Assembly (NCBI GenBank): GCA_044222185.1
Contig: JBGANV010000011.1
Location: 64,001-128,000 of the forward strand
From: Planctomycetota bacterium
GTDB lineage: Bacteria; Planctomycetota; GCA-002687715; CAIWVZ01
Direction of reading: 5' to 3'
DNA: 64,000 nt
The notes below the pieces were generated by a model. That model searched no databases and was not told the DNA's origin. It worked only from the letters and a program-made list of their open reading frames with translations. The number at the start of each line of letters is the position of its first letter. The stretch's first letter is position 1. Positions 1 through 9,531 of this stretch are shown here, piece after piece. The position numbers were made by a program, and so were the translations under genes.

Positions 1-1
1 C

Positions 2-196
2 GCGCCCGACGTACTCTTGCCGATCCAACTCGGCGGTATTCCGTGGAGCGCCGGCACGGGATCACTGACGCTGCCGTGGACGATGCCGCCGGGCTTCGAG
101 GGCTTGACGCTGCATCACCAGGCCGCGCTCCTCGATCCGGGCGCTCCGCAGGGCCTGTCCTTCACGCGCGTCCTCTCGGTCACGATCGGTTCCTGA
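2..196 (+). CDS. 3' end of a gene truncated by the window edge; encodes the shared terminal domain
   Basis: Frame from nt 2 reads APDVLLPIQLGGIPWSAGTGSLTLPWTMPPGFEGLTLHHQAALLDPGAPQGLSFTRVLSVTIGS-stop (TGA 194-196). It matches the terminal motif of the other secreted proteins. Not in the ORF track. Confidence 0.8.
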   Translation, partial: APDVLLPIQLGGIPWSAGTGSLTLPWTMPPGFEGLTLHHQAALLDPGAPQGLSFTRVLSVTIGS

Positions 197-209
197 CGCG
201 CACGACGAA

Positions 210-235
210 CTGCGGGAGCCCGGGGGCTCCCGCAG
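210..235. terminator. GC-rich hairpin between convergent genes
   Basis: ctgcgggagcc-cggg-ggctcccgcag, a perfect 11-bp stem between the stops at 196 (+) and 243 (-). No U-tract. Confidence 0.55.
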
Positions 236-242
236 GAGGCGT

Positions 243-2240
243 TCAGTAGACCGTGTACTTCACGTGGATCTCCGCGCCCACGTAGGCGCGATGATCCAGC
301 CAGAACTGGATTCCGCTGGCGGGACCGAAGGGCTTCCACGAGCCGTCGAATTCCAGGTCGACGCCGTTCGACGCCTTGAACGGATCGAGCGGCATCAGCA
401 CCGGGTCATACATCCACACCTGGAAGTAGGCCCGCATGCCGTGCCACGACGGATCGTTCGGAACCGGGACGATCGTCGCACCGCTCCCGTCCATGGGGAG
501 GATCGCGATCGGGTTCACGAGCAGGATGTCGTTCGTCGTGACCAGCTGCGCCATCGCCTGGAACCCACCGAGCAGGAAGAACTCGGGGGAACCACCCTGC
601 AGCGTGAGGTCGTACAGGATCGGCGACGTGTTCTGCGCCACGCTGCGGAACAGCGTCGCGCGGACTTCGGCGAAGCGGCCCTGCACGGCGGCGAAGGCAA
701 CGTTGTTCGTCACGGCCACGAACGGCTGGAGCGGGAGGCCGAGCAGCGTGTCCGCCGCCCGCACTTCCACGGTGACGCCCGTGCCGAGTGGCTCGTTGCT
801 CGTCCACCACGCCTTCGTCCAGCTGACGGCGGGCCGTCCACCATCCTGGACGACGGTGAAGGTTCCTTGCGGCGAGGTGCTGCCGATGGCGACGAATCCC
901 GTCATGTCGCTGTAGTTGTACGGGGCTGCGCCCGCCCCGAGATCGACCACGAGGTCGACGGCACCCACGGGGTAGCCGCCGGTCCCGATCGGACCCGCCG
1001 TGGGATCGATCCGCATGGCGTTGCTCGTGTTGTAGTTCGTGACCCAGACCTTCCCGTTCGAGTCGACGGCGACGCCAGTCGGCCCATCGCCACCCGGCAG
1101 CGCGACGTTGCCGATGAACGTCCCGTCCGTGCGGAGGTGTCCGACCGTGTTGCGATACAGCGAGTGCGCGACCCAGACGTTGCCCAGGCTGTCCACCGCC
1201 ACGCCCTGCGCGTAGTAGTCGCCGTGCGCATAGGTGTTGAGGAGAGTGCCGTCCGGGGCGAGCTCACGAATCACGTTGCCCGACAGGCTCGTCGACCAGA
1301 TGTGAGCCGTCGCCGGGTCGATGCCGAGGCCGTAGTTGTCGGGGTAGTAGAAGCAGTTCGACGTCGTGGTGGCGGTGTCGTAGCGAAGGAGGTTGTTTCC
1401 GTTCGTTCGCGCTGACCACAGCACGCCGCTGCCATCGATCAGTCCGCCGTAGCCGCCGCAGCCCACGTTGAACTGCGTGCCCGGGATCGGGGCGCCGGTG
1501 ACTCCGCTGAGCTTCTCATGGCTCTGGTTTCCGAGGCCACCCACCCACAGGTCGTTGTTGGCATCCACGGCGACCGTGCGCGTGTTCGTACCGCTGACGC
1601 GCGAGTAGATCGTGATCGCCTCGTCTTCCGCCGTCGTCACGCCGCCATGCGTGTCGGCGCCAGCCGCGTTCGTCCACGGCAGGATGTCTGCCAACCCGCG
1701 CGACGTCTTGATGAGCCCGTCGCTGTTGCGGTCGATGCACGTGTTGTAGATGAACGGCGGCGCCAGGTACTGCCCCGCGGGATCAGGCGTGCCGTTCACG
1801 TCGACACGGGTGCCACCGATCACCACTCCGATCCGGATCACGGATCCCTTGGGAACTCCCGCAGAGAACCCGGACTCGTCGCGGTTGGCGACCCAGCAGT
1901 TGCCGAACTTGTCGACCGTCGTGCGCGAAGGGTTGCGCGCCATGCCGGCGGGTGCCGTGAGGTACTCGCCGAGGATCGCACCCGTGTTCACGTCGATGCG
2001 GACGGCAGTACCGCGCGCTGAGCACGCGACGTAGACGAAAGGCAACGGCGTGGTCGCCTGGTTGAGCTGAAGTTGGTCCCCGTTCGGGGAGTCGTGGTTG
2101 ACGTTCAACAACGTCCCTTGATCGAAGTCGGCGTTCGACGTCCAGGTGCGAACGATCGATTGACCGCTCGCAACCGCCGACCCGAAGACCGCGGCAATGG
2201 CGAACGCCGCCGCGAGGCGTGAAAGACTCCTGGTAGACAT
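243..2240 (-). CDS. Secreted beta-propeller protein (Vgb/NHL-like repeats) with terminal domain
   Basis: ATG at 2240 with GGAG 6 nt upstream; signal peptide MSTRSLSRLAAAFAIAAVFGSAVASG; repeated GVAVDSxGxVWV motifs; C-terminal RAYFQVWMYDP...SNGVDLEF. Confidence 0.8.
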   Translation of the reverse strand: MSTRSLSRLAAAFAIAAVFGSAVASGQSIVRTWTSNADFDQGTLLNVNHDSPNGDQLQLNQATTPLPFVYVACSARGTAVRIDVNTGAILGEYLTAPAGMARNPSRTTVDKFGNCWVANRDESGFSAGVPKGSVIRIGVVIGGTRVDVNGTPDPAGQYLAPPFIYNTCIDRNSDGLIKTSRGLADILPWTNAAGADTHGGVTTAEDEAITIYSRVSGTNTRTVAVDANNDLWVGGLGNQSHEKLSGVTGAPIPGTQFNVGCGGYGGLIDGSGVLWSARTNGNNLLRYDTATTTSNCFYYPDNYGLGIDPATAHIWSTSLSGNVIRELAPDGTLLNTYAHGDYYAQGVAVDSLGNVWVAHSLYRNTVGHLRTDGTFIGNVALPGGDGPTGVAVDSNGKVWVTNYNTSNAMRIDPTAGPIGTGGYPVGAVDLVVDLGAGAAPYNYSDMTGFVAIGSTSPQGTFTVVQDGGRPAVSWTKAWWTSNEPLGTGVTVEVRAADTLLGLPLQPFVAVTNNVAFAAVQGRFAEVRATLFRSVAQNTSPILYDLTLQGGSPEFFLLGGFQAMAQLVTTNDILLVNPIAILPMDGSGATIVPVPNDPSWHGMRAYFQVWMYDPVLMPLDPFKASNGVDLEFDGSWKPFGPASGIQFWLDHRAYVGAEIHVKYTVY

Positions 2241-2566
2241 GATGGACTCCTTCTGCATCGGCCGGACAGGTCGCCGGCGTCCACGCAAGTGCCACGCGCG
2301 ACGTTCCCACTCTGGCCGCACGGAACATCGCATTCCGACGACCACTTCAAACTGGGCCGAAGGGAGTGGACCCACGCGACGGGAACGCAGGGGCGGCTGG
2401 AAAGCCGGAGTTTCCGACGTCGACCATCTGGAGGCCACGAAACAAAACGTGACGCCTACGCCCCCGTGCGAGTTCACGGCTCCGCGCGTCGGTTTCCGGG
2501 TCGGAGCAGGTCGTCGATCGACGACTCGACCCGCAACAGTCCATCGACACGGTTGGAGTGCACTCT

Positions 2567-2599
2567 CGCGATCGTCGTGACGCGATCGTCGTGACGCGA
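2567..2599. repeat. Short tandem duplication inside an inverted repeat, in a divergent intergenic region
   Basis: cgcgatcgtcgtga x2 plus cgcga, flanked by actctcgcg / cgcgagagt. Confidence 0.5.
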
Positions 2600-2731
2600 G
2601 AGTCGCCACGTGGGATCGCCCACGGTCGCGCTCGGGTGCGCGTCAGGACGTGCGCGTCGAAGTCACCTTGACGCGCAAGAAGGCTCGGAGTCCAATCGAC
2701 GTCCGAAAGCACAGGTCTCGGACGAAGCGAC

Positions 2732-3238
2732 ATGACGGAACTCATCCCCATCGGCCGCGACACATCCGGTCATCGCCCGTACTTCGTCCTTGCTGCGGAG
2801 TCTGCGGCACGGCTCCCGCGTCGGATCTTGCTCCCAGGCGGAAGGTTCGACTGCCTGCTCGCGTGGGACGCGACGCATGAGCCCGTGGACGTGATCGCCG
2901 ACCTTGCGCAGCGGATCCTCGAGGCCGGGGCCGAGAGTGTTTGCGCCTGGGGTCCTGACTGCGAGCGCGTCCACGACGTCATCGACGAGGTGATCGTCGG
3001 GGACGGTTCCGGCGCGGGAGCGTGGAGCAAGGACGTCGTGACGACGTGGCATGCTGACGAGGCGCTGTCGGCAGTGATCGATTCCCTCCTGTTCTGGAGC
3101 CCCGCGGCGACGCGAAAGCCGGATCGAGCGCGGTCGGTGTTGGGTGTCGTCATCGGGTCGACGACGTGGCGTGACGAAGTCGTGGACGCATTCTCGGACC
3201 CCGAGGCGTTCGCGGAGCGGATGGCGGGGGACGAGTGA
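2732..3238 (+). CDS. Hypothetical protein (168 aa)
   Basis: Protein-like composition (VCAWGPDCERVHDVIDE, VVTTWH); no family recognised. Confidence 0.65.
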   Translation: MTELIPIGRDTSGHRPYFVLAAESAARLPRRILLPGGRFDCLLAWDATHEPVDVIADLAQRILEAGAESVCAWGPDCERVHDVIDEVIVGDGSGAGAWSKDVVTTWHADEALSAVIDSLLFWSPAATRKPDRARSVLGVVIGSTTWRDEVVDAFSDPEAFAERMAGDE

Positions 3239-3374
3239 ACCGCCCCACGGCGGGCCGCCGCGATGCGTCGATTCGGCGAGCGGCCCAGGGCGCCGGTCGT
3301 CTCGCTCCGATCGTCGACCTTCCAGGCTCGGCGGTCGCGCGGTGCGGAGAATCGCACCGGGCGCGCGGCGCCCG

Positions 3375-4682
3375 TCAGTCGACGTGCGAGAGCTTCGTGA
3401 TGCGACCGGCCGACAGCCAGTCCATCACGTAGATGTTCCCGGCGCCATCGAACGCGGCGGCGTGCGGCGAGATGAACTCGCCATCCCGCCACTCGGAGGG
3501 CGGCACGCCGTTCTGGGCGCGCTTCGCCGGGTCGGGCTGATCGCCCAGGTGGCAGATCACCTTGCCATCGGCTCCGAGGATCGAGACGCGACCGGCGAGA
3601 TCGGCGACGACCAGCTCGGTGCCTCGCGCGCTCATCTTGCACGGGCGGCGAAGCTCCGCCGGCAGGACCGCGATCGGCTTCCCATCGAGAGTGAACGACT
3701 GGATCCGGTGGTTCTCGCGATCGGCGACGAGAAGCACGGGCTCCTTCCCTCGCGTGTCGACGAGGAGACCGTGGGGAGTCTGGAACTTGCCCGGCTCGGA
3801 ACCGGGTCCGCCGAAGCTCGACAGGTACTTGCCCGCCTTGTCGAACCGGTGCACCCAGGACTGTCCATAGCCGTCGGCGACGAAGATCGTGCCGTCCGGT
3901 CCCACGGCGACGCTCGTCGGCCGGAACGTCTCCGCCGACTTGTAGATCTTCGACTCCTGCGGCCAGTCGATGGTGAGGAGGACCTTGCCGTCGAGGGTCG
4001 CCTTGTAGGCCTGATGCCTGCCGTGATGGGCGAGGTACATGACCTCCTGCTCACCTTCGCGAACGATGACCATGCCGTGCAGGCCGCCGGCGAACTCCTT
4101 GCCGAATCCACGCACGAACGTCCCGTCGGGTTTGAACACGAGGATCGCGTTCTCGCCATCGGTGTTGACGTAGACGTTGCCAGCCCCGTCGAACGCGATC
4201 GCACCGTGGGTGTTGCCGTACTTCAACCCCTCCGGAAGGCGCCCCCACCCGGTGACCCAGGTGTAGCGGTGCGTGCCCTCACCGAGCGTGACCGGCGCGG
4301 CCGGCTTCGAATCCTGCGGCGCGAGCCCCTCGAGTTGGGAGAGCATGGTGGCGAGCCGCGCCGTGTCGCTGCCGGCGGCCGCTCGCGCCGCCCGCTCCGC
4401 CTCCGCGACCCAGTACGCGGTCGCCGACCAGGCGCGACGCGCGTTGCAGATCCGCGCCATGGCCCACAGCCGATCGAACCGATCCAGCGGATCCTCCCCC
4501 GCGCCGTGCGGATCGGCGGCCTCGATCTCGACCATCGCCTCCTCGAGATCGGAGCGTGAAAGCGCCGCGATCCCCCGAGCGAGATGGATGGCTTCCTCGC
4601 CGTGATGGTGTGGCGCGGCGGGCCGAGGCGAGAGCACGAGGAGGGAGACGATCGTCAGGACGACGGGCGAGGTGGGACTCAT
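3375..4682 (-). CDS. Secreted NHL-repeat protein (peptidyl-alpha-hydroxyglycine lyase-like) with N-terminal helical extension
   Basis: NHL motifs PTSVAVGPDGTIFVADGYG, PGKFQTPHGL, VADRENHRIQ, FISPHAAAFD; hydrophobic N-terminus. Confidence 0.8.
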   Translation of the reverse strand: MSPTSPVVLTIVSLLVLSPRPAAPHHHGEEAIHLARGIAALSRSDLEEAMVEIEAADPHGAGEDPLDRFDRLWAMARICNARRAWSATAYWVAEAERAARAAAGSDTARLATMLSQLEGLAPQDSKPAAPVTLGEGTHRYTWVTGWGRLPEGLKYGNTHGAIAFDGAGNVYVNTDGENAILVFKPDGTFVRGFGKEFAGGLHGMVIVREGEQEVMYLAHHGRHQAYKATLDGKVLLTIDWPQESKIYKSAETFRPTSVAVGPDGTIFVADGYGQSWVHRFDKAGKYLSSFGGPGSEPGKFQTPHGLLVDTRGKEPVLLVADRENHRIQSFTLDGKPIAVLPAELRRPCKMSARGTELVVADLAGRVSILGADGKVICHLGDQPDPAKRAQNGVPPSEWRDGEFISPHAAAFDGAGNIYVMDWLSAGRITKLSHVD

Positions 4683-4736
4683 GGGCGGGATTATGCACCA
4701 ACCGCCGCCGCGCGGCTCACCCCCGTGAAATGGCGC

Positions 4737-5777
4737 CTATTTCGGCTTCGCGACGCGCGGCCACCGGACCTCGGATTGCAGGCTCGTCTTGCGATCCGAA
4801 CCCGAGCGCGCCTCCAGCGCGAACAGGCCTTGCCCGAAGAGATCCGGGAGTGAACCCTGCCTTGCCGCACCGCGCCCCCGCGGCGGAAGGACGAACGGCT
4901 GTGCCGACAGATCGGTCGTCACCCGCAAGCGCGCACCGGGCTTCACCGTGATCGCCTCCGGCGCCTCGTCGGGCTTGCACGCCCGAAGCGCGCCGTTCTC
5001 GAAGGCGAGCCGAAGCACGGCGACCCCGTCTGGCTTCGACGACGCCTCGACGACGAGCGGTTGGGCGATCACGAGATCCTTGTCCGTCGGATTGATCCAC
5101 TCGACCGTGACGGGGTAGGGCTCGCCGGCCACGACCTGCGGAGGGGCCGTGAGGACGAGCGCCGGATCGAGGTGAACCACGTTCGTGCTGTTCGCCACGA
5201 GTTCGATCGACCCCGTCCACAGGCCGTCGACCTCGCGGGTTTCCACGTCGAACGCCTTCGCCCGGAATTGCACGGTCCGGTCGGGCCTCTTGTAGCGACA
5301 CACGAGCGTGTACTCGCCGACGGGGAGTCGATCCGTCTCGTCGCGCTGACTCTTGTCCGCGTTCGAACGGATGGGAGCGAAGAGCCGGCACTTGTCCGTC
5401 CAAGCCCGTCGCTCGCCGGGGGCGAGCGTGACGAGCTGCCCGACGGGCCCCTTCGCCCACATCGTCTGGACGGGCCTGTGCGCTGGGGCGAACTCGACCC
5501 CGTCCTTCCGCCGCATCACCCATCCCGAGAACGACGGGTCGGATTCGGACTCGATCCAGACCGTCAGCGGCCCAGCGGATTCGTTCACGAACGTCACCTT
5601 CAGGTCGAACTCCCGCCCGAAGCCGATCGTTCCGGCGACGGGACTCACCTCCATGCGAAGGCCGTTGGAACCATCGGCAGCGACCGGGTCCTTGAGGTCC
5701 TGGGCGACGGCCGAAGACGTGGCGACGACCGCCACCAGCCAACCGAGGAATGCCCGACGAGACGAGTTTGAATGCAT
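4737..5777 (-). CDS. Hypothetical exported protein with twin-arginine-like signal
   Basis: N-terminus SSRRAFLGWLVAVVATSSAVAQ; beta-rich, Ig-like mature region. Confidence 0.65.
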   Translation of the reverse strand: MHSNSSRRAFLGWLVAVVATSSAVAQDLKDPVAADGSNGLRMEVSPVAGTIGFGREFDLKVTFVNESAGPLTVWIESESDPSFSGWVMRRKDGVEFAPAHRPVQTMWAKGPVGQLVTLAPGERRAWTDKCRLFAPIRSNADKSQRDETDRLPVGEYTLVCRYKRPDRTVQFRAKAFDVETREVDGLWTGSIELVANSTNVVHLDPALVLTAPPQVVAGEPYPVTVEWINPTDKDLVIAQPLVVEASSKPDGVAVLRLAFENGALRACKPDEAPEAITVKPGARLRVTTDLSAQPFVLPPRGRGAARQGSLPDLFGQGLFALEARSGSDRKTSLQSEVRWPRVAKPK

Positions 5778-5881
5778 GAGCCGGTTCTCCTTGCGGGACT
5801 CTACGCGCGCTCGCTCCGTTCGGCTCCCGGCCGTTACACACCGGTTACCCGCGGCCGATCCGCGCGTAGACTTGCGCCACG

Positions 5882-8800
5882 ATGGCGCCCGAGCCCTCCA
5901 GACCAGGCGAACGCCCCGCCGAACCGGACGGAGATTTCCTCCGCACGCAATGGATCCGCACTCTCGGCGAGGGCACGAACCCGCGCACCGCGTCCCCGAG
6001 CCTCAGCTATCGACCTCGGCGGACGAACACGCCCGGCGGGGTCACGTCGACTCCGGGAAGCGCGTCGTCCCTGGGACTCCGCCCGCCGCGCGCGGCGCCG
6101 AGCGGCGCTGGCCCCACGCTCTCGAAGCTTCGCGTCGACGCACGACTCGTCCCCGGCTTCGAGCTCCTCGACGAGATCGGCCGAGGCGGGATGGGGGTCG
6201 TCTACCGCGCACTTCAACAGAGCCTCGACCGCGAGGTCGCGCTCAAGATGATCATCGACCCGGCAGCCCGGGACGCGACGGCCGAACGGTTCTTCACCGA
6301 GGCGATGATCACGGGATTCCTGGAGCACCCGAACATCGTCCCGGTCTACGACGTGGGCGAGACCCGCGACGGGCGCTGCTATCTCGCGATGAAACTCGTG
6401 GAGGGCCGATCCTGGCGGCAGGCCCTACGGGCGCGCGAGGTGCCCGAGACGCTCGTCACGCCGATCGGCGACGACGAGTCGATCACGACGCACGATGGCG
6501 ACGAACCCCGTCAGCCGCGACTGCTGCCGGCACCACCCCCGGCGGACCTGGACCGCAATCTGCGGATCCTGCTCGACGTCTGCGACGCCGTAGCCTTCGC
6601 GCACAGCCGCGGAGTCATCCACCGCGATCTCAAACCGTCGAACGTCATGGTGGGTGAGTTCGGCGAGGTCCTCCTCATGGATTGGGGGATCGCCATGCCG
6701 TCGGTGGGCAACCGGACGCTCGAGGATCTGGACTCGTGCGAGCCCACGTTCGAGTCGCCGTCGGGCACGCCCGTCTACATGGCTCCCGAGCTGGCGCTCG
6801 GCCAGGTCCACCTCATGGGCCCGTGGACGGACGTCTATCTCCTCGGCGCGATCCTGTACGAACTCCTGACGGGACGGCCGCCGCACGATCATCCCACGCT
6901 CCCGGATGCCGTGGATGCCGCAGCTCGCAGTGACCCGCCGCGCTTCGACCCCGTCGTGCCGAAGGAGCTGGCGGCCCTGGTCGAGGCCTCCATGACGCGG
7001 CGTCCCCAGGACCGCATCACGAGCGTCGAGGAATTCCGGCACCGACTGGATGCGCACCTGAAGCACCGCGAGAGCATCCTGATTGCCGAGCCAGCCGCGA
7101 ACGCCCTGCGCCGCGCGACCTCGGCGGCGGCGCAGCGAAGTGCGGCCGGTCGTGGATCCGGACGTGCGCCCTTCCACGAGCCGTTCGCCGAGGCGATCGC
7201 CGGGTTCACTCAAGCGTTGACGCTCTGGCCGGAGAATCCTGCCGCAAAGTGTGGCCTCGCCGACGCACGCGTGGCGTTCGCGGAGGCGGCGCTGAACCAC
7301 GGCGATCTGGGCCTCGCCGAAGCCCAGACCGCGGTCGTGGAAGATCCGGCGCGACGCGCAACGCTCGAGAGCGCCGTCGCGCGCGCGCGCACGGCGGCTG
7401 CACGGCGCGCGCGAACGGAATACTGGCTGCGGCGCGCACTGGCCGGTGCCGTGCTCTCGATCGTCATCGGCCTCACGGTGGGCATCGTCCTCCTCGCGCG
7501 AGAACAGGACGCCACGCGCGACGCGCTCGAACGAGAGACGACGGAGCACGGCCGCGCGGAAGCGCGCTTCAACGACATCCGTGGGCTCGCCAAGTCCTTG
7601 CTGTTCGAGATTCACGACGCCGTGGAGAAGCTCCCGGGTGCGACTCCCGCACGTGAACTCATCGTTCAGCGCGCGCTCGAGTACCTCGACCGTTTGAACC
7701 AGAGCACGGGCGATGACGAGCGCCTTCTCGCGGAGATGGCCACGGCGTACGAGCGAGTGGCCGGCGTGCAGGCCCTGTATCTCGTGGGGAACCTGGGACA
7801 CTCGGAGGCGGCGCTGGAGTCCCTCGAGCGGTCGCAGAGGATCCGGAAGCGGATCGTCGAGCTGACGCACGGATCGGCCGACGCCCAGGGCGCGCTCGCG
7901 GCCGGTCGCACGAAGACGGCCGAGATCCTCCTGCGCCTCGGGAAACTGACGGAGGCCCGCCACGAGCTGGATCTGGCCATCCTCGAACTCGAAGCGACCA
8001 GGGAAACGAGAACCGATCACGCACAGGCCCTCAGCGACCTCGCCCGCGCGTATGCGCGACACTCCGCCCTGGAACGAGACACGGGTGCCATGGCGCGGGC
8101 AGTCGCCGATCAGCGACACGCCGTCGCATTGCACGCGGAGCTCTCCCGCTTCCTGGCGAAGACCGCGGACGTCGACACCGAGCGCGACGAGATCGAAGCC
8201 ATCGCTGCGCTGGCAGAGCTGCTTCGCAGGTCCGGCGACGCCCAGGGATCGTGGACGGAACTCAAGCGCGCGATCGAGATGGCTCGCTCGCTGGTCACGC
8301 GATCCCCGAACGATGCGGCCGCACAACGCACGCTTGCGGGCGTGCTGGAATCGGCCGAGCGCACGGCGAGGCAGGCGGCGGACCGAACGGCGGGCATCGC
8401 CTACCAGATCGAGGCGCTCGCGATCCGAGAACGCCTGCGCGAAATGGATCCGCGCAACGTCCAGGCGATGGCCGACCTCGGTGGTGCGTTGGCAGCGCTC
8501 GGCGACGCCCACGCGGCGAACGGCGACGACCAGGCTGCGCTCGACGTCCACAAGCGCTGGCTCGCCGCGGCGACCGCGTGGCTCGAGGCCGATCCGGGCA
8601 ACGTCGGCGCGACTCGTGACGTGCGCCTCGCCTACGAGCGGATCGGCAACGACTACCTCGGACTGGGTCGCATCGACGAGGCCGTTGCGACGTACCGGGA
8701 GCAGATCGCGAACGCCGAGCGACGCGCGCAGGCCGCGCCGGGCGATGCGCGCGCGCAGTTCGATCTCGCGAACGGGCTGACGCATCTCGGCACGGCCCTG

Positions 8801-9529
8801 CGCGTGAACGAGCGCGTCGACGAGGCCGCGGCCGCCATGGAGCGTGCCGATGGCCTGTGGAGTGCGATCGTCGCCGCCGATCCGACCCACGGCGAGGCCC
8901 GCCACGCGCACACCGTGTGCGTGAGCGACCTCGCGGAGATTCGCTACGCCCAGGATCGTTTCGCGGACGCCATCGCCGGCTACACGAAGGCCATCTCGGT
9001 GGCGGCTGCGGGCGCGGCAGCTGCGCCCACGGACGGTCGCTGGTTGCGGTCCCTCCTCATCGCACGAGTCGGCCTGTCGAAATCCTGCCTGGCGTCCGGC
9101 AAGGTCGACGAGGCGGTCGAGGCCGGCGCGGCCGCCATGAAGGATGCGGAGCGGTTCCTCGGCGTCGTGCCGGAGAACGCCGACACGCTCGCCGGCGCCC
9201 ACCGTGCCGTCTCCGCGTGGGGCATGGCGCTCGCCAAAGCCGACCGGGCCGAGGAGGCCGTCGGACCGATCAAGGCGCGCATCGATCACGTCGACGCGAT
9301 CGCGGCGAAGTTCACGGGCGACGCGAAGATGCAGCGGCTGCGTGCCGTGGTACGCCTCGACTATGCGGAGACTCTCCGCAACGCCGACCGGGCCGCGGCG
9401 GCCCGCGACGTCGTCACGGAAGCGCTGGGGATCCTCCGCGCGATCGAGAAGGATCCGCAAGCTGACGCGCTGAAGCTCCCGCTCCTGATCAAGGCCGCCG
9501 AGAGCATGCTCGGCGAGGATCCGGAGTAG
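5882..9529 (+). CDS. Membrane Ser/Thr protein kinase with TPR-like repeats
   Basis: GRGGMGVVY, VALK, HPNIV, HRDLKPSN, DWG, GTPVYMAPE, DVYLLG; TM helix ALAGAVLSIVIGLTVGIVLL; long helical-repeat C-terminus. Confidence 0.93.
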   Translation: MAPEPSRPGERPAEPDGDFLRTQWIRTLGEGTNPRTASPSLSYRPRRTNTPGGVTSTPGSASSLGLRPPRAAPSGAGPTLSKLRVDARLVPGFELLDEIGRGGMGVVYRALQQSLDREVALKMIIDPAARDATAERFFTEAMITGFLEHPNIVPVYDVGETRDGRCYLAMKLVEGRSWRQALRAREVPETLVTPIGDDESITTHDGDEPRQPRLLPAPPPADLDRNLRILLDVCDAVAFAHSRGVIHRDLKPSNVMVGEFGEVLLMDWGIAMPSVGNRTLEDLDSCEPTFESPSGTPVYMAPELALGQVHLMGPWTDVYLLGAILYELLTGRPPHDHPTLPDAVDAAARSDPPRFDPVVPKELAALVEASMTRRPQDRITSVEEFRHRLDAHLKHRESILIAEPAANALRRATSAAAQRSAAGRGSGRAPFHEPFAEAIAGFTQALTLWPENPAAKCGLADARVAFAEAALNHGDLGLAEAQTAVVEDPARRATLESAVARARTAAARRARTEYWLRRALAGAVLSIVIGLTVGIVLLAREQDATRDALERETTEHGRAEARFNDIRGLAKSLLFEIHDAVEKLPGATPARELIVQRALEYLDRLNQSTGDDERLLAEMATAYERVAGVQALYLVGNLGHSEAALESLERSQRIRKRIVELTHGSADAQGALAAGRTKTAEILLRLGKLTEARHELDLAILELEATRETRTDHAQALSDLARAYARHSALERDTGAMARAVADQRHAVALHAELSRFLAKTADVDTERDEIEAIAALAELLRRSGDAQGSWTELKRAIEMARSLVTRSPNDAAAQRTLAGVLESAERTARQAADRTAGIAYQIEALAIRERLREMDPRNVQAMADLGGALAALGDAHAANGDDQAALDVHKRWLAAATAWLEADPGNVGATRDVRLAYERIGNDYLGLGRIDEAVATYREQIANAERRAQAAPGDARAQFDLANGLTHLGTALRVNERVDEAAAAMERADGLWSAIVAADPTHGEARHAHTVCVSDLAEIRYAQDRFADAIAGYTKAISVAAAGAAAAPTDGRWLRSLLIARVGLSKSCLASGKVDEAVEAGAAAMKDAERFLGVVPENADTLAGAHRAVSAWGMALAKADRAEEAVGPIKARIDHVDAIAAKFTGDAKMQRLRAVVRLDYAETLRNADRAAAARDVVTEALGILRAIEKDPQADALKLPLLIKAAESMLGEDPE

Positions 9530-9531
9530 TT

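Noticed and set aside
2241-2609. Long N-terminal extensions in the ORF track (also for the ORFs starting at 13647, 28486, 30807, 35588, 48578, 55513, 59743 and 62782)
   Set aside because: The extensions are low-complexity and Arg/Pro-rich. Downstream ATGs give a better RBS, signal peptide or domain start.
3375-4682. NHL protein as part of a peptide-amidation (RiPP) pathway
   Set aside because: No monooxygenase partner or precursor peptide is nearby, and such NHL proteins are common as stand-alone genes.
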